Origin: Eukaryota sp. TZLM1-RC
Lineage: Eukaryota > Protista > Metamonada: BaSk clade
NCBI GenBank assembly: GCA_040285825.1
Contig: JAUPSS010000005.1
Location: forward strand, 930,001 to 994,000
Reading direction: 5' to 3'
DNA: 64,000 nt
Shown one piece after another: positions 27,165 through 40,099 of this stretch; position 1 is the first letter of the stretch; the number at the start of each line of letters is the position of its first letter. Made by a program: the position numbers and the translations under genes. The notes below the pieces were generated by a model. The model worked only from the letters and a program-made list of their open reading frames with translations, was not told the DNA's origin and made no database searches.

Positions 27165-27989
27165 TTTTTTGTTTAATGTTTTGTTAGCGTTGAAAATAAA
27201 TTTATCCTAAAAAAATTACCGAAATCGTATCTAATTCGACTGTGAATATTACGAATCTTTGCACCGGTACGATTGTACAAGCTAGCGTCAAACATCTAGC
27301 ACCCTGGTACTCTAGCCTGTCCACCAAGGATGAGTTCCACTCATGGGTCGCTGCAGGTGATGTCGAAAAACACATCATTGAAAAAGTGCTCGGTCAGGAC
27401 GGTGACTTTTGCCAAATGCAATGGCCTGGAAAAGAGATCACAACTGAACACATGTCTACAGTCCAAAATACTGCGGCGTATAAAGACTTCATCAAGACTT
27501 CAAAAGTACGTCGCCGTACTAAATCCGCTCCTCCCAAGAAGCGTACCAATTCCATTAGTTCACCTCCTGTGACTCGAGCTTCCATGGCACGTCGCTGGAA
27601 AGAGAAGAAAAGGCAGTGTTAGTCTTGAATAGTATTTATTGTTTAATTATATAGTTTATTAGTATTCCGCCTATTAGTTTAAGAAGAGAGAATACAATTG
27701 CTCTTCGTAATAAATTACACTACTGTTACATTACACTGTATGAATTCTAACTCACAACAGGCAAGACCATCAATAGAAGTCTAGGATGTTGAGTTGTGGG
27801 ATAAAGTCCATCAAATATACAAATATCTTTTTCACTTTTTTTAAAAACCTGGAATATTTATTGAGATAAAAAACCCATCTAGAATTCAATATCCTCCAAA
27901 CAAGCGTCACTATTACTGAACCTACTCACAGCATTTCGTTCATATTCTATACCAATAGCTAAAAGAGCTTTAGAAATTATTGTTGGGAT

Positions 27990-28502
27990 TTTTTTTTAAA
28001 ATTTAATTTTATTCTAAACCTATAAATCAACATCTAAAAAATCCATCTCTCCCAAAACAAAAACACTAGATGCAACTCTCTCATAGTGAGATCCAAGAGA
28101 AAGCAAAGCATCAGAAACCATCTTCAACATCCCCTTAAAAATAGAAAACACAATTCTATTTTGCCAAAACAATCTGTTGAAATTTCTGCCAGTTCTTCTC
28201 TTTACAATCATTTCAAAATCATCCAAAAAACGTAAAGCAGTTGGTGCAAGTGAACCAAAAAGGGAAAATACAAATGGATACAAATTGTATTTTGCATGCT
28301 GTAACTGGCCAATTTGGACAAAGGTTCATTGTATTTTTTGAATTTAAAATTTTCAGCATTTGAAAGGGGATTATGAATTTCAGAATTAACAAGCCTTTCA
28401 TTTGAGGCATTACAAGGATCAACAGACATTACATCCAATAAAATGAAGCTTCCATCTAATCCAGGTAATATGACATCACCTCTATTATTCATATGAAAAT
28501 GT
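27990..28502 (-). mobile_element. 5'-truncated RLE family D inserted in A2
   Basis: A tail; TSD TTGTTGGGAT at 27980-27989 and 28503-28512. Confidence 0.88.
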
Positions 28503-30047
28503 TTGTTGGGATAGACTTGAAAATGTCAAAACAATTCTATTTAATCAGAAAGTGGAGTTCATTGTTTTACCAGACCTATGCAGTAACACTTTCTCAAAAT
28601 TTTAAAAAAAAGTGCAACCCTGAAGGTACAATATTGCCAAAAAGAGGAATTGCAAACGGCACAAACTGATATTTCACATGTTCCACTCTACCTAACTGTG
28701 CCAAAGGTTCTTCATATTTTTTATCTTCTTTTTTCGGCGTTAGATATCGGCGAATCAGCGGAATACACTGAACGAGCAGCAGAAGTTTTGCAAACATCAA
28801 TTGAGACAACATCTACAACATTGAGAACACCATCGATCCTTGGAGCTACTAAATCTGCCCTTCTTTTACCAAAGGAATCATCAGTTTGATCTGAAGACAG
28901 CTTACGTACTAGTGGCTCAATAAATGCCTCTATATTGAAACTTTTGCACATGGCATATAATTGATCACGAACTGAGTCATGAACAATTGAGCAATAAGTT
29001 ATAAAATACTTACAGTTCAAAATATGGGAAAGCGTAACAACACTCTTGCAGCGACAAATTAAATCATTTGGTAATGAGCAAGGCCATAGAAAACATCTCA
29101 TTCTCATTGCAGTGGTCCATTGGTGATCATTAAGTAGAAGGCCATAAATGTTGGGAATTTGGGAGATTAGGCATCTTGAGCAACTGTCTTCAAGATCAAT
29201 CAAAAAGTTTGCAAAAACGGGATTTTTTTCCTTAGCCAAGCTAAGACGTACAATATAATCCAAGTTTTCTAAAACTTTCAAGATTTTTTTCTGCAATTTT
29301 GCAAAAGTCAGTGGTAAGGAGAGCAAGCTTCTTGAAGGAAGTTCCACAATATCAGAGGGGAAACATTTAGCCCAAATATTGGGTGAAAGAGTTTCAATTT
29401 CCTGTTGCAAAGAAATAAGATAAGAGCTGCCACAATTTTCAATGAGATGAAGTTTTTCAGGTAAACGATTCACAAATTCATAAATAAAATTCTTTCCACC
29501 TCCAATAAAGGCAGCTTTACAAAAGTAGCTTGATTTATGAAAATCAACACCACCAAAATTTGTACCACAAAAAATGTGGCTTCGTAACTGAGATGCATCA
29601 ATTTCCAATAATTTTGCTAAAAAATTGGTTCTTTGTTCATTAAAAATGCGACAAAACTCCAAAGAAATTGATGGTGATGTTGATCTCAAAATATGAGTAA
29701 ATTTTCCCGAATAACAGATTTTTAAGAAACAGAATTTCAAATGTTTCTCAATATTTAAATTTTCTATTGATTCTAATTCATTTCCAAATTGAGTCAACAG
29801 AGTCGAAAGTTGGCCTTTCACTTCATCAATATTTCCGAGATAACAACCCAAAAAACGAAAACCAGACTGATCATAATTGATAAAGGGGACATTGACATCA
29901 TTAATGAAAAAATCAATTGGTTCATGGCCAATAATCAAACATTTGGAGATATTCAATGAGAGACCAATATCTTCATAACGCTGTTGAATTAAAGTTGCTA
30001 TTTGTTTCAGAATTGTAATAGGAGCAATTACAGAAATGTCATCCATA

Positions 30048-30412
30048 CAATGTCATTCATTACATGATGCTGTTAGAGACACTGTTTTCAATATGGCACA
30101 AACTGCAAGGATATCGTGTATCAAAGAGCCCCTGCTGAAGGAAACACTTTCTCTGAATAATTTTGGTTTTGATGATAGAGGTGATGTATACTGTGATTGG
30201 ATTGATAATTCTGAAGCTATTGTTGACTTTGTTTCATGTAATGTTGCAAACGATACTTTGGTTCACAGAAGAAAACTTAATCCTGTGGCTGCTCTGGATT
30301 TTAAAGCAAAAGAAAAACATAGAAAATATGATAAAGAAATTGAAGATGCAAATGTCGATAGAAATACACAGCTGGGTTTTATTGCTTTCCCATTTTCGAT
30401 AAATGGAAGATT
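30048..30412 (+). mobile_element. RLE-domain fragment of family H replacing part of the A2 RT
   Basis: LHDAVRD..EPLL..DRGDV..VDF..KHRKY..FPFSING; opposite strand to A2. Confidence 0.85.
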
Positions 30413-31758
30413 ATTGCAATTGGACGGATTTTGGATTGATTTTTTTGAGGGCAATTAAGCGAGCACTGGTCATCTCAAAAGGGACTTTAATTTTTAACGT
30501 AAGAAGATTGTTGAAAAAAAGAACAAGATCATCAGCAATTTCAGGACATTGTCCAACAGCTGATTTGATCATGTCAAAATTCAACAAAGATGGCCCAGGG
30601 GCTTTTCCAGTAGGCACTTGCTGAATCAGTTTCAATACCTCTGAAGCATTGACAGGATTTTGCAGCCAATAATCAACTGAATCTGGTTTAGTACAATGAA
30701 ATTTTCTTCTGGATGAAGATGATTCAATTGGAACAATGTGCTTTCATTACATTCAGCTAAATCAGAAGAGAATAGACATTGTTTTGCAGATCCAAAACGT
30801 CCTTTTAAAGCTAATTTTCTCACTGATTTTTCTTTCGAAAAAACATTTTTTTAAAATCTGATTTTTTCGATAAAAGTTTTTTATCTTTTTTCAGAAAAAA
30901 TTTCCAAATAGGCGGAACATCCCATAATCCTTTACGGAGATTTTCAGTAAAAGCACGAAGAACAACAGCAAAAGGTATCGAAGCCAACGGACTAAGCTGA
31001 GCAGGAACACGAATGGGACAACGTAGCTGGTCAGCAGCAACACAAGAATCACAAAAAAGTAAAGGTCGACCAGAATCATTGACAGCAACAAGCTTTCGAC
31101 AAAAAACACATTTTTATCATCTTTTTGAACTTCTTTGTTAGAAGTGTTATCGGGAATCTCACTTAAAAATTCATTTTCAGGATTGTGTGATAACGAAAAA
31201 TTTAAATCAGCAGTTGCAGCACGAGCATTAAGTTTTTCCTTTTGAATAAGCGGACAAGTTGCAATGTTATGTCCGGATTTTCGAAATTTACTACATTTGC
31301 GGTGTGGTTTAGAAAAATTTTCATTTAAATTTTTTTCCAATAATTTTCCAGCATAGAGTGACAGGTGGGGAGAATGAGAACGATTGGTGGTTGAGGAGGT
31401 TGGTTTGTCAACATCTTTTTCACCCAATAATTAAACAGTACTCAAACCTACCAAACAAGAATTCATCAGACATAAGGAGTTATTTCGGAAAAACAATTGC
31501 AAATAACTAATTTTTCAAAAAATAGGCACAATTTTTTGACTGATATGGAGATATAAAGTTTGAGGTTTGTTACAATGTTGATTGAAACAAATCAAAATCA
31601 ACAAAACACTTGCTGAAAATTGATTTAGTGTTGAGATTAAAGTCGTTATCAGTGATTTGAATGAGCTTTTGGTAAGTGCTGTATGCTACACATGACAGAG
31701 ATAGTATTGACCATTGAGCAAATTAAGGAACTTTACACAAAATTGATGGGAACAAGAC

Positions 31759-32095
31759 TCATTCTACACAATCAGCAAGATCTGTATACAATTGGTTAAA
31801 TTGATAAACTGCGGTGAAACAACACTTATGTTCATACAATTGATGACTCCTGATCCATCAAAATCAACATTGTTGATGATGTCATCAAGCTTCTTTTCAC
31901 TGAGGTTAGACTAAATAGACATACTTTATGTTCAGGTCCAAGTCAAGAACAAACTTCCTGAAGGCGGAGACCTTAAGGAAGTTGTCCTCATTCTTCTCCA
32001 ACATGTGATACATTTCAAGTACTTGATTCTCGTCATCGCTTTCGTACAGAAGTGCAGCGATGTCAACAAATTGTTGGAAAGAAATGTTTCCAGTC
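31759..32095 (-). pseudogene. calmodulin/centrin-like EF-hand gene, 3' half (introns 31900-31924, 31809-31837)
   Basis: TGNISFQQF; after splicing, DFDGSGVINFYQF. Confidence 0.8.
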
Positions 32096-32676
32096 AAATT
32101 TTAAATTAAATAAATTATAAATAAATAATAAATAATTATATAATATAATATAATATAATATATATTATTATTATAATTATTATTATATATAATAAATTAT
32201 ATTTATTATTTATTTAAATTTTATTTGTTGTCAGTCAAATTTATGTTGATGAAAAATTTGTTAAAAAATGCCTGTTTTTTCTAAACTATTATCTCCTGTG
32301 TGCTCATTATGTTATTCTGAGCCACCCAAATCGTGTAATTTTTTATGCGGTTGTCTATTATCAAATCTGCGAAATATCAGTGAGACTTAAATTGAGACAT
32401 GATTCAATTTTCAATAATTTTGTTTATCAGTTACCCTCTTTCCAGAATCATTATGATGTTTACTGCATTTAATTATTACACAAATCATTATGTAAAGTTT
32501 CCTTTGGACTGATTCAAGACCTGATCTAGTTCTTATCTCAAAAAGCACAGGTGAATCAAGAAGGAAGGCAGTTTTGAGTTTTGAGTTCTCCTCACCGATG
32601 AAACAATATTTAGATAGTAGAAAGTTAGTGTACGGTGTGTTAAGTTAAGTACATTATAAAGTATGAAATACAATAT

Positions 32677-33670
32677 ATTTTTATTTAAAATAATATAATT
32701 TATTAAAAACCTATAAATCAGCACCTCATAGATCAATCTCTCCCACAACAAAAACAACAAATACAACTCTTTCATTTTGAGATCCAAGAGAAAGCACAGC
32801 ATCAGAAACCATCTTCAACATCCCCTTAAAAATAGAAAACACAATTTTGTTTTGCCAAAACAATCTGTTGAAATTTCTGCCAGTTCTTCTCTTTACAATC
32901 ATTTCAAAATCATCCAAAAAACGTAAAGCAGTTGGTGCAAGTGAACCAAAAAGGGAAAATACAAATGGATACAAATTGTATTTTGCATGCTGTTGACTGG
33001 CCAATTTGGACAAAGGTTCATTGTATTTTTTGATTTTGAAATTCTCAGCGCTTGAAAGAGGATTATGAATTTCAGAATTAACAAGCCTTTCATTTGAGGC
33101 ATTACAAGGATCAACAGACATTACATCCAATAAAATGAAGCTTCCATCTGATCCAAGTAAATTTACATTGCCTCTATTATTCTTATGAAAATCATCTTCA
33201 GTATCAAACAGGTTTGACAACAGAGGTTCCAAAAAGGATTCAATTCTATGAGACTTACACAAACAATATAACTGGTCTCTTACAGCATCATGAACCTTGC
33301 TTCCAAAAGTAATCAAATGTTTACAATTTAACAAATAAGTAATTGTAATTTTTCGAGAACATTTACAAATTAAATTGTGAGGTAAATTATCAAACCAGAT
33401 AAAGGACCGAAATCTCATATTCAAAGTCCAAGCAGAATCAGTAAATAGAGTATTATAAATTTGAGGAAATACTGTTACTAAGGCAGAAGAAGTACTATCA
33501 CACATATCTTGGAAAAGACTTGCAAAAACGGGATTCTTTTTCTTGGCCAAACCAAGTCTAACATCAATCTCCAAGCTTTCAAATTGTTGTGACACTTTTT
33601 GTTGAAGGTGTTTACAGCAAAACGGCAAACTAATTAGAGATTGGTTTGGAATTTCTGACCAGAGTCTTGA
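32677..33670 (-). mobile_element. 5'-truncated RLE non-LTR family D
   Basis: ORF 32726-33754: CKC..LLNC, HDAVRD, LDVMSVD, KKY, LYPFVFS; A-rich tail. Confidence 0.88.
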
Positions 33671-34004
33671 ATTGTGATTCTTCAATTCAGATCGTTTGGT
33701 GATTTCTATTTGAATTTTCAGCAAGAAGAATAGTTGCTCATAATTGCATTTCATTCATGAAAAGAAAGACTCTCTGTAGGAAATCAGCATTTCAGGCTCT
33801 CATATGCTCATACCACATTATTTCTGCTAGCGAATTTCGTATAAGGTTGTCTGATGGACTGAATTGATGAAACACGCCGAGGGCGGTGGTTTAAAAGTGT
33901 TGCAACCTCAGTATTTCAAATTGATTGTTAATAGGAAAAAAGTTTCATATTGATTTCACGTATTGTTTAAATGAACTTAGTCACGAAATGTTTCAATCAC
34001 AAAC

Positions 34005-34330
34005 TTTTTAGTTGAATACTGAAACCACCATAGAAAACGAGATTATTCAACCAAATATTTATTCTTGATTAGTTTAACAGACACTACTGTACCTTGAATA
34101 TTAAGTTTTGTTGAAAATATGGGATAGTCAGACAAACTGTTTTCACAAGGTTTAATCAATTGAATAAATCTCAAAAAAGGAAAGTTATGTTCAGTGATAT
34201 TGGCTGGAACTGTTATATGAATCATCAATTCCTTCAAGTTTGGTAATTGTTTTTGAATATTAACAGGATACCAACAGTGAACTTTTAATCTAGCAATGGA
34301 TTGAGATAAAGGTATTTTCCTTCCATTATT
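34005..34330 (-). repeat. degenerate coding repeat of unknown type, copy 2
   Basis: Homologous to 13740-14080. Confidence 0.7.
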
Positions 34331-34759
34331 CTTGCTTGAAGAGAATCTTCGAAAAATCCACTGTTAATTATCACCAACTCTTTTGCTGACGTAAGACAAC
34401 TTAAATCAGTACCCTCAATATCATCTTGTTTAATCACTAACTTCACTAGTCAAAAGGGTAATTGATTTATGTCCAATAAATAATCGGGCTCTAGACATTT
34501 GAGATTTGATAAATGTGCAAAAATTATGAGGAAGTATCAAGTTCAAAGATGAAGTAGGAATTTAGTCTCCGCCATGATAAACAACCTCAACATTTGGGTA
34601 CAATGACAGTAATTGTGGATCATAATGAACTCTATCATAGTAAACATCAAGTTTTTTAATTCTGATATTGATTACTTTGGGACCTTTATAATTAGTGAAT
34701 AATCGCAATCGTAAATCACAGATATCTTCATTTCAATTGAAATTGTGAGGATCTTTGAG

Positions 34760-35458
34760 GATCCAAAAACCTACTGCCAATTTTCGTCATATTGTGAGCT
34801 GTAAGAAATTTCTCCAATATAGGTCAGTTCTTCATAATGCCGTTCGTGATGTGACATATGAGTTGCTCAAGTGTTACAATTTTAGTTGCAAAGTAGAACC
34901 TTTGTTGAAACATTATAGTGATGATAATCTTTTTAATTCACGTCGAGGTGATTTAATTGCTCCTTTTGTGGATTCCTCTCAAGTTGTTGTTGATTTTACT
35001 ACAGTTGATCCCTTTGCTTTAATTTATCGTGATGATGTTTTAGTTAGTTCCAATGGTCATTTAAACAAGGCTGAGCATCGTAAACCAGACAAATATACTG
35101 AGATATTAAATGATTTAAATAAGAATCTATACTCGAAGTTTTCGTTTGTTCCTTTTGCCTTCTCGATTTTTGGCAACATTGAACAGTCTGCCTTGAATTT
35201 TCTCAATGATTTTGATAATTGATGTCGTTCAAGAGGTAAGAATTTTTCAATGAATTTATGGAAGAATCGTATCGTTTTTGCTTTGTACAGAAATGTTCCC
35301 AAGTAATTAAATTTAATGATGTCCAAGCTGTATAAGGATTCATCGAGAGTTAAACGTGAGGAATTTTGTTTCTTATGTGTTTTAGTTTGTTTTGTTTTGT
35401 TTTGTTTCTTCGTAGAAAATAAACAAATAAATAAATAAAAAACAAAAAATAACAAAAA
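34760..35458 (+). mobile_element. 5'-truncated RLE non-LTR family F
   Basis: HNAVRD..VEPLL..RRGD..VDFT..FVPFAFS; long A-rich tail. Confidence 0.85.
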
Positions 35459-36099
35459 TTCATTGGTTATTGTATTCGTTTTCTTTATATTTTTTTGTTT
35501 GTCTTGACATCATTCATTTTGGTTTTTTGTTCACAATTGTCTTTAATTTGTTTTTAATTTTCAGAATCTGTACTGTACGTGCTTTTCAGTCGTAACTATT
35601 AGTCATAATCAAAAGCAGTGATGAAAATCGAATTTCTTAAGGCAAATAGATGTAATACAAATAATTTATTTCTATTTTTGACAACTTCACAATAATAAAC
35701 CTTTTCCACCTAAAAAATTGATACAATTTTAGAACTCAATATCCTGAATACACACATCGAGCATGAAATTTTTGAAATTTCGACTGAAATTTTCACAACA
35801 ATTGAAACATTGCTTTGGTTATAATTTTTGAAGTTGTTTTCAGGTAACAAAATATAATTTTATTGTTTTGGAAATTACAGTTTAATTTTTGCGATTTCCA
35901 AGAATATAGTTTTATATGGAACTACAACACCAATAAAATTAAGCTTTTGGGACAACATTCAGTGGAAAAAAGAATTCCTCTACAATTCTGGTCTGCTTGT
36001 TTTTCTCACCATTACTGCACTTATTCGATGTAAAAACCGAAGCAATCCAAATTAATCAATTTAATTTCAGCAAATTGACTTCACCTACACCACCAAAAA

Positions 36100-36302
36100 C
36101 ACATCGTAATCATTGAGCAATTGGTTTAACTTATCTTCAGGAGGATTCTGGCCTGGTTGTCAGTCGACTATCATTTGTGAATACCAATAGCACGCATAGC
36201 GAGGAGAACGCTGCTTTTCTTGATGTGACCATCTGCACCAAACAACTCAAATGACTCCTGAAGCTCATTTATCTCCGTTTCTGAGAAGAAGAAGTGTTTC
36301 AT
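36100..36302 (-). pseudogene. calmodulin-like EF-hand gene, 5' half (intron 36153-36184)
   Basis: MKHFFFSETEINELQESFELF...AMRAIG|QNPPEDKLNQLLNDYDV. Contiguous with the 32095 half in the paralogue at 59430-59490. Confidence 0.8.
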
Positions 36303-36484
36303 GATATATGCAATGTGATTGGTCAGAAATCGATCATTCCATAATCAATGATTTGAATTTTCGTCACTCATTACTGTTTTGGACCAATATACCGTGTGGG
36401 TAAACAACTTCGACCCAAAAAAGTTCGAACTGTTTGTATACTGTTCGAAAATTTTTCGGTCAAACATGATTCAGTTCGAGCATA

Positions 36485-37320
36485 TCAAAAATATATTTAT
36501 TCAACAACGAACAGGAAAACATCAAATACACAATTAAAACTCCACATCCTCAAAACCTGCCTCCTTTACATCAAAACAATTAATTGACAAAGATTCAGAA
36601 AATTTCCCACAAGAAGACAGTGAATCAGAAACAAGTTTTACCATTCCCTTAAAAATAGAAAATACAATCCTGTTTTGCCAGTAAACACGATTGAAAAATC
36701 TTCCAGTTCTTTCCTTTACAACTACAACAAAATCCTCAAGGAAAGCCATTGCAGCCTTACCCAAAGATCCAAGCAAAGAAAATACAAAAGGATATAAATT
36801 ATATTGGGCATGAGAATTCTCATTAACCGAGGAATTGGGTTCGCATATTTAGCAATTTTATATTTTTCGCCTGCAAGAAGAGGATTAATTATATCCGAAT
36901 TAATGAGATGTTCGTTAGAGGAATTACAAGGGTCAATAGACATGGCGTCTAAAATAGTAAAACTACCATTTAAAAGTCGGAACAAATAGAACACCTCTTG
37001 CCAGAGCCCTGGAAGCTCTGTTGTAACGTGTACTATCAATATTGGGATCATCAAGAATGAATTTTGATAACAGCGGTTCTAAAAAAGAATCTACTCGATA
37101 TGATTTGCACATTACATAAATTTGGTCCCTGACATTATTATGCACTTTGCTTCTAAATGTAATGTAATGGTTACAGTTCAAATGATGAGTAAACAAAAGA
37201 GGTTTACCTTATTTACAAGCTAAATGATAAGGCAAATTTTTTGGCCATAGAAAACAACGAAAACGCATGTTTAAAAGCCATTCATTGTTTTTTAACAAAA
37301 GTCCATAAACAGAGGGAATT
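36485..37320 (-). mobile_element. 5'-truncated RLE non-LTR family C
   Basis: HNNVRDQ, FLEPLL, LDAMSIDP, YWQNRIVFS across frameshifted ORFs. Confidence 0.85.
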
Positions 37321-37676
37321 AACTTATAAAAATATTATATGATAGATCACTCATCAACAACAACATTTTCCAAAGATAGTATTTCCTCTTGGTCCCACTC
37401 AGCTCCAAGACTGAGCTTAATCGACTGAGATTAGATGAAATAGGACTCATAGCAAAGAGCAATATCATTCTCTCTTTCAAGGGCACGATGTGAAATCCGA
37501 AAAATAACACTGATTTTGATTACAATAAGATTAAGAATCCACCAAAGAAAGATTGAAACTATGGAAAAATGAATCAAATAAAACAAAAAGGAAAAGACTA
37601 ATTTAATAACAAAAACTAATAACCTTAAAACTAAATTCACAAAGACAAATTTAAAGAAATCAAAAAAGGTCTAAAC

Positions 37677-39017
37677 TTACAATACCGTAACTGAACCACT
37701 ACCTTTTGCTTTAGCCATTCTTTGTTGTTCCTGGGCAAACAACTGCTTGAGAGCTTTCTTTTGACTTCTCTTGACTTGTTTTTGTTCTTTTATTAGTTTT
37801 TTGTGCATTTTTCTAGTATTTTTATCAACTTTTTTCAAACTTTTGCCTTCATTAATCTTTTCGTCTTCGCTTTCTGCGCTTTTCTGACCTTCTACTTCAT
37901 CAGTGTGACCCTTGACTGCCCCTGTTTTTGAGCTAATCCTAACCCTCTGTGGTTTCTTGAATGGATCTTCCAAGGTTTGTGGGTGATGATAAACATTTGA
38001 ATAAGTAGAAACAATAGATTGGCAATCAAATTTGATTGATTTTGGCCTCTCCTCTTCCAAAGGATCAATATCTTCTATTTCTGAGCTACTACTGCTTACA
38101 TATTCATTCTTCTTAATCAATTCTTCCTTTTCTCTTTTTTCTTTCAACAATTCTTCTCTGGCTTTGGTAGGTCTGCTGATGACTTCACTTTCTACCTCAC
38201 CTTTTGTTACCTTAAAATCATTGCACTTTTTTCTCTTTAAATCAATATCAAATAATTCAAGTGCTTCACCAACTTCAAGCCCTTCAGATTCATCATCATA
38301 TTCATCATATTCCATTGCGTGCTCAATCTGTTTTTCTAAAAGTGACACATCATCTACTGCCACGTCATCATGAGTTGGTTCCACATCATCATCGCTAAAT
38401 TCCTCATCAGACATTTCGTCCAATAGTGGATCATTCTGAGCCATCTCTACAACCTTAAAAACAAAATCATCTTCCAATTCCTCCACATCATCTTTTCCAT
38501 CAAAAATGATTGCCTCTACATCACTATCCATGTCATCAACATTACCTTCATAATAATCACCAAAATAACCTTCCTTTAGGGATAAAAGTTCTTGGGGTAA
38601 AACATCATCAGCTATATGGGAAGAGAAAACTGGTTGTGCGATCTCATCAGTTGGTTCTTCATCATCGTGGTCAAGTGGAGTCATGCTAACTTCGCCATTT
38701 TGATCTTTTGCCACGTGTACAAAGCCTTGACCTGGTCCTGTGCTCATCATGTACTGTGAATAGTCAAAATCATCATCAAAACCAAGATTAAGCAGATTAT
38801 AGGCTCTACGGTCGTTTTGGGGCTGGGAGGAAAGAGCAGATGTTGTGGATGTAGAAAAGGGAGCAGGTTGTTGTCTGGCGTTCTCGTTGAGTGGCATGAG
38901 CACAAACTTGGAAGCTTCATTGTCATCTACGAGTTGGTCTGTTTGAGATCTATGTACGAACTGATATTGCAGGGCATTTTTCTTGTCAATAAACTTCTTT
39001 GTCTTGCGTGGGGCCAT
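37677..39017 (-). CDS. LTV1: LTV1, 40S ribosome assembly factor
   Basis: KKFIDKKNA..FVHRSQ.D N-terminus, acidic middle, DCQSIVSTYSN..HHP, basic C-terminus. Confidence 0.92.
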   Translation of the reverse strand: MAPRKTKKFIDKKNALQYQFVHRSQTDQLVDDNEASKFVLMPLNENARQQPAPFSTSTTSALSSQPQNDRRAYNLLNLGFDDDFDYSQYMMSTGPGQGFVHVAKDQNGEVSMTPLDHDDEEPTDEIAQPVFSSHIADDVLPQELLSLKEGYFGDYYEGNVDDMDSDVEAIIFDGKDDVEELEDDFVFKVVEMAQNDPLLDEMSDEEFSDDDVEPTHDDVAVDDVSLLEKQIEHAMEYDEYDDESEGLEVGEALELFDIDLKRKKCNDFKVTKGEVESEVISRPTKAREELLKEKREKEELIKKNEYVSSSSSEIEDIDPLEEERPKSIKFDCQSIVSTYSNVYHHPQTLEDPFKKPQRVRISSKTGAVKGHTDEVEGQKSAESEDEKINEGKSLKKVDKNTRKMHKKLIKEQKQVKRSQKKALKQLFAQEQQRMAKAKGSGSVTVL

Positions 39018-40099
39018 GATGTTCTGGGAAGAAATACGTAGTTAAAGGAAAGGAAGATTGTTAGATGGGGAGCTTATGGAATTCTATCGAAAGGGTTTTT
39101 CTTTGTTTGGACCAAATGGAATTTTCGTTCGAAATTGCAAAAGGTGATGTCCCCTTATCATCTTCTACCTTGATCTCTTGGTCGTTATTGTGTAAGGACA
39201 AACAGTCAGTTAATTTTTTTAGATGATTTGGGACAAAAGATTTGGAACTTTTATTTTGTTGTTTAGTTTCTTGGTGCAATCAATTAAATATATGAGAAAC
39301 AAACCAAATGGCAGATGCAAATGCCAATGCATATTTAGTATCCAATACTTCATCCATATCTCTCTTTCAATTTGAACTTCATTTTCTTTTATCAAATTAT
39401 GAAAATTAATTTTTAAAAATAAATTCTTTTTTCTAAAAATTTTTTCCAATTTTAGAACAGTAACGTCTGTTACGAACACGCCAGCAGGTCCAGATATTCA
39501 AAAACTTGAGTCAAAAATTCGGTGTGTAAATGGATATATGCCACCCAGTACTGAAATTCCAAATTCTGAATCTTCTGTTGTCGTTAGATAGAAATACCAA
39601 AAAAAGTAAAAACAGAAAAAGAGCCTTTGTTAATGACGATATAAGTTTTGAACAAGTGCCACGTCATCACGTGAAATCTTGACTTGTTTTATCTTAGCTC
39701 TTTCCGCAACAGCAACACCCCAATAATTGATAAATGATGGAATTCACTATAACTATACAAATCAATCAACTTTAAATTAAGCAAAGATCTTATGAATACT
39801 TCCAACGCTTCTTGGGAAAACAGAGTTTCAGTCGTCACTTGAATGATGTAATTGTCGCAATTGGATAATTGCCTTAAATATCGAAAATGTATAATGAACA
39901 TAAATGAGTATCTCAAGAAATGATGAAACAAAATTCTTTGTATTCACTATCTTTCAACTGCTCAAGATGAAAATATAGAGAAACCTAACACATAGCAAAA
40001 TTAAAACGTCAACAATTGGATTTCTAAAACAAAAAAATATACTTATTTTGGAAATTATTTTGAAAAAATTAAATCGATTTTGATTTTGGCTCTAAGTTT

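Larger units (their letters stand above)
22892..27213 (+). mobile_element. full-length CRE-like RLE non-LTR retrotransposon, family B
   Basis: TSD AATTACCGAAAT at 22880-22891 and 27214-27225; 5' T-run; 3' A tail. Confidence 0.95.
22853..27759 (+). mobile_element. 3' fragment of a third Gypsy family (integrase GPF/chromo tail + LTR 27617-27759), split by non-LTR family B
   Basis: Removing the insert reads HGDYSGPFPITEIVSNSTVNITNLCTG...KHIIEKVL..FCQMQW. PPT AAGAGAAGAAAAGGCAG followed by TGTT...AACA. Confidence 0.85.
27835..31420 (-). mobile_element. RLE non-LTR family A copy 2 (two nested inserts)
   Basis: Highly similar to 7460-10590 in reverse orientation; ORFs 30891-31427 and 28721-30046. 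Confidence 0.92.

Noticed and set aside
30036-30458. 140-aa ORF as a standalone nuclease gene
   Set aside because: Chimeric: its start and end come from antisense A2 sequence and the core is an RLE fragment.
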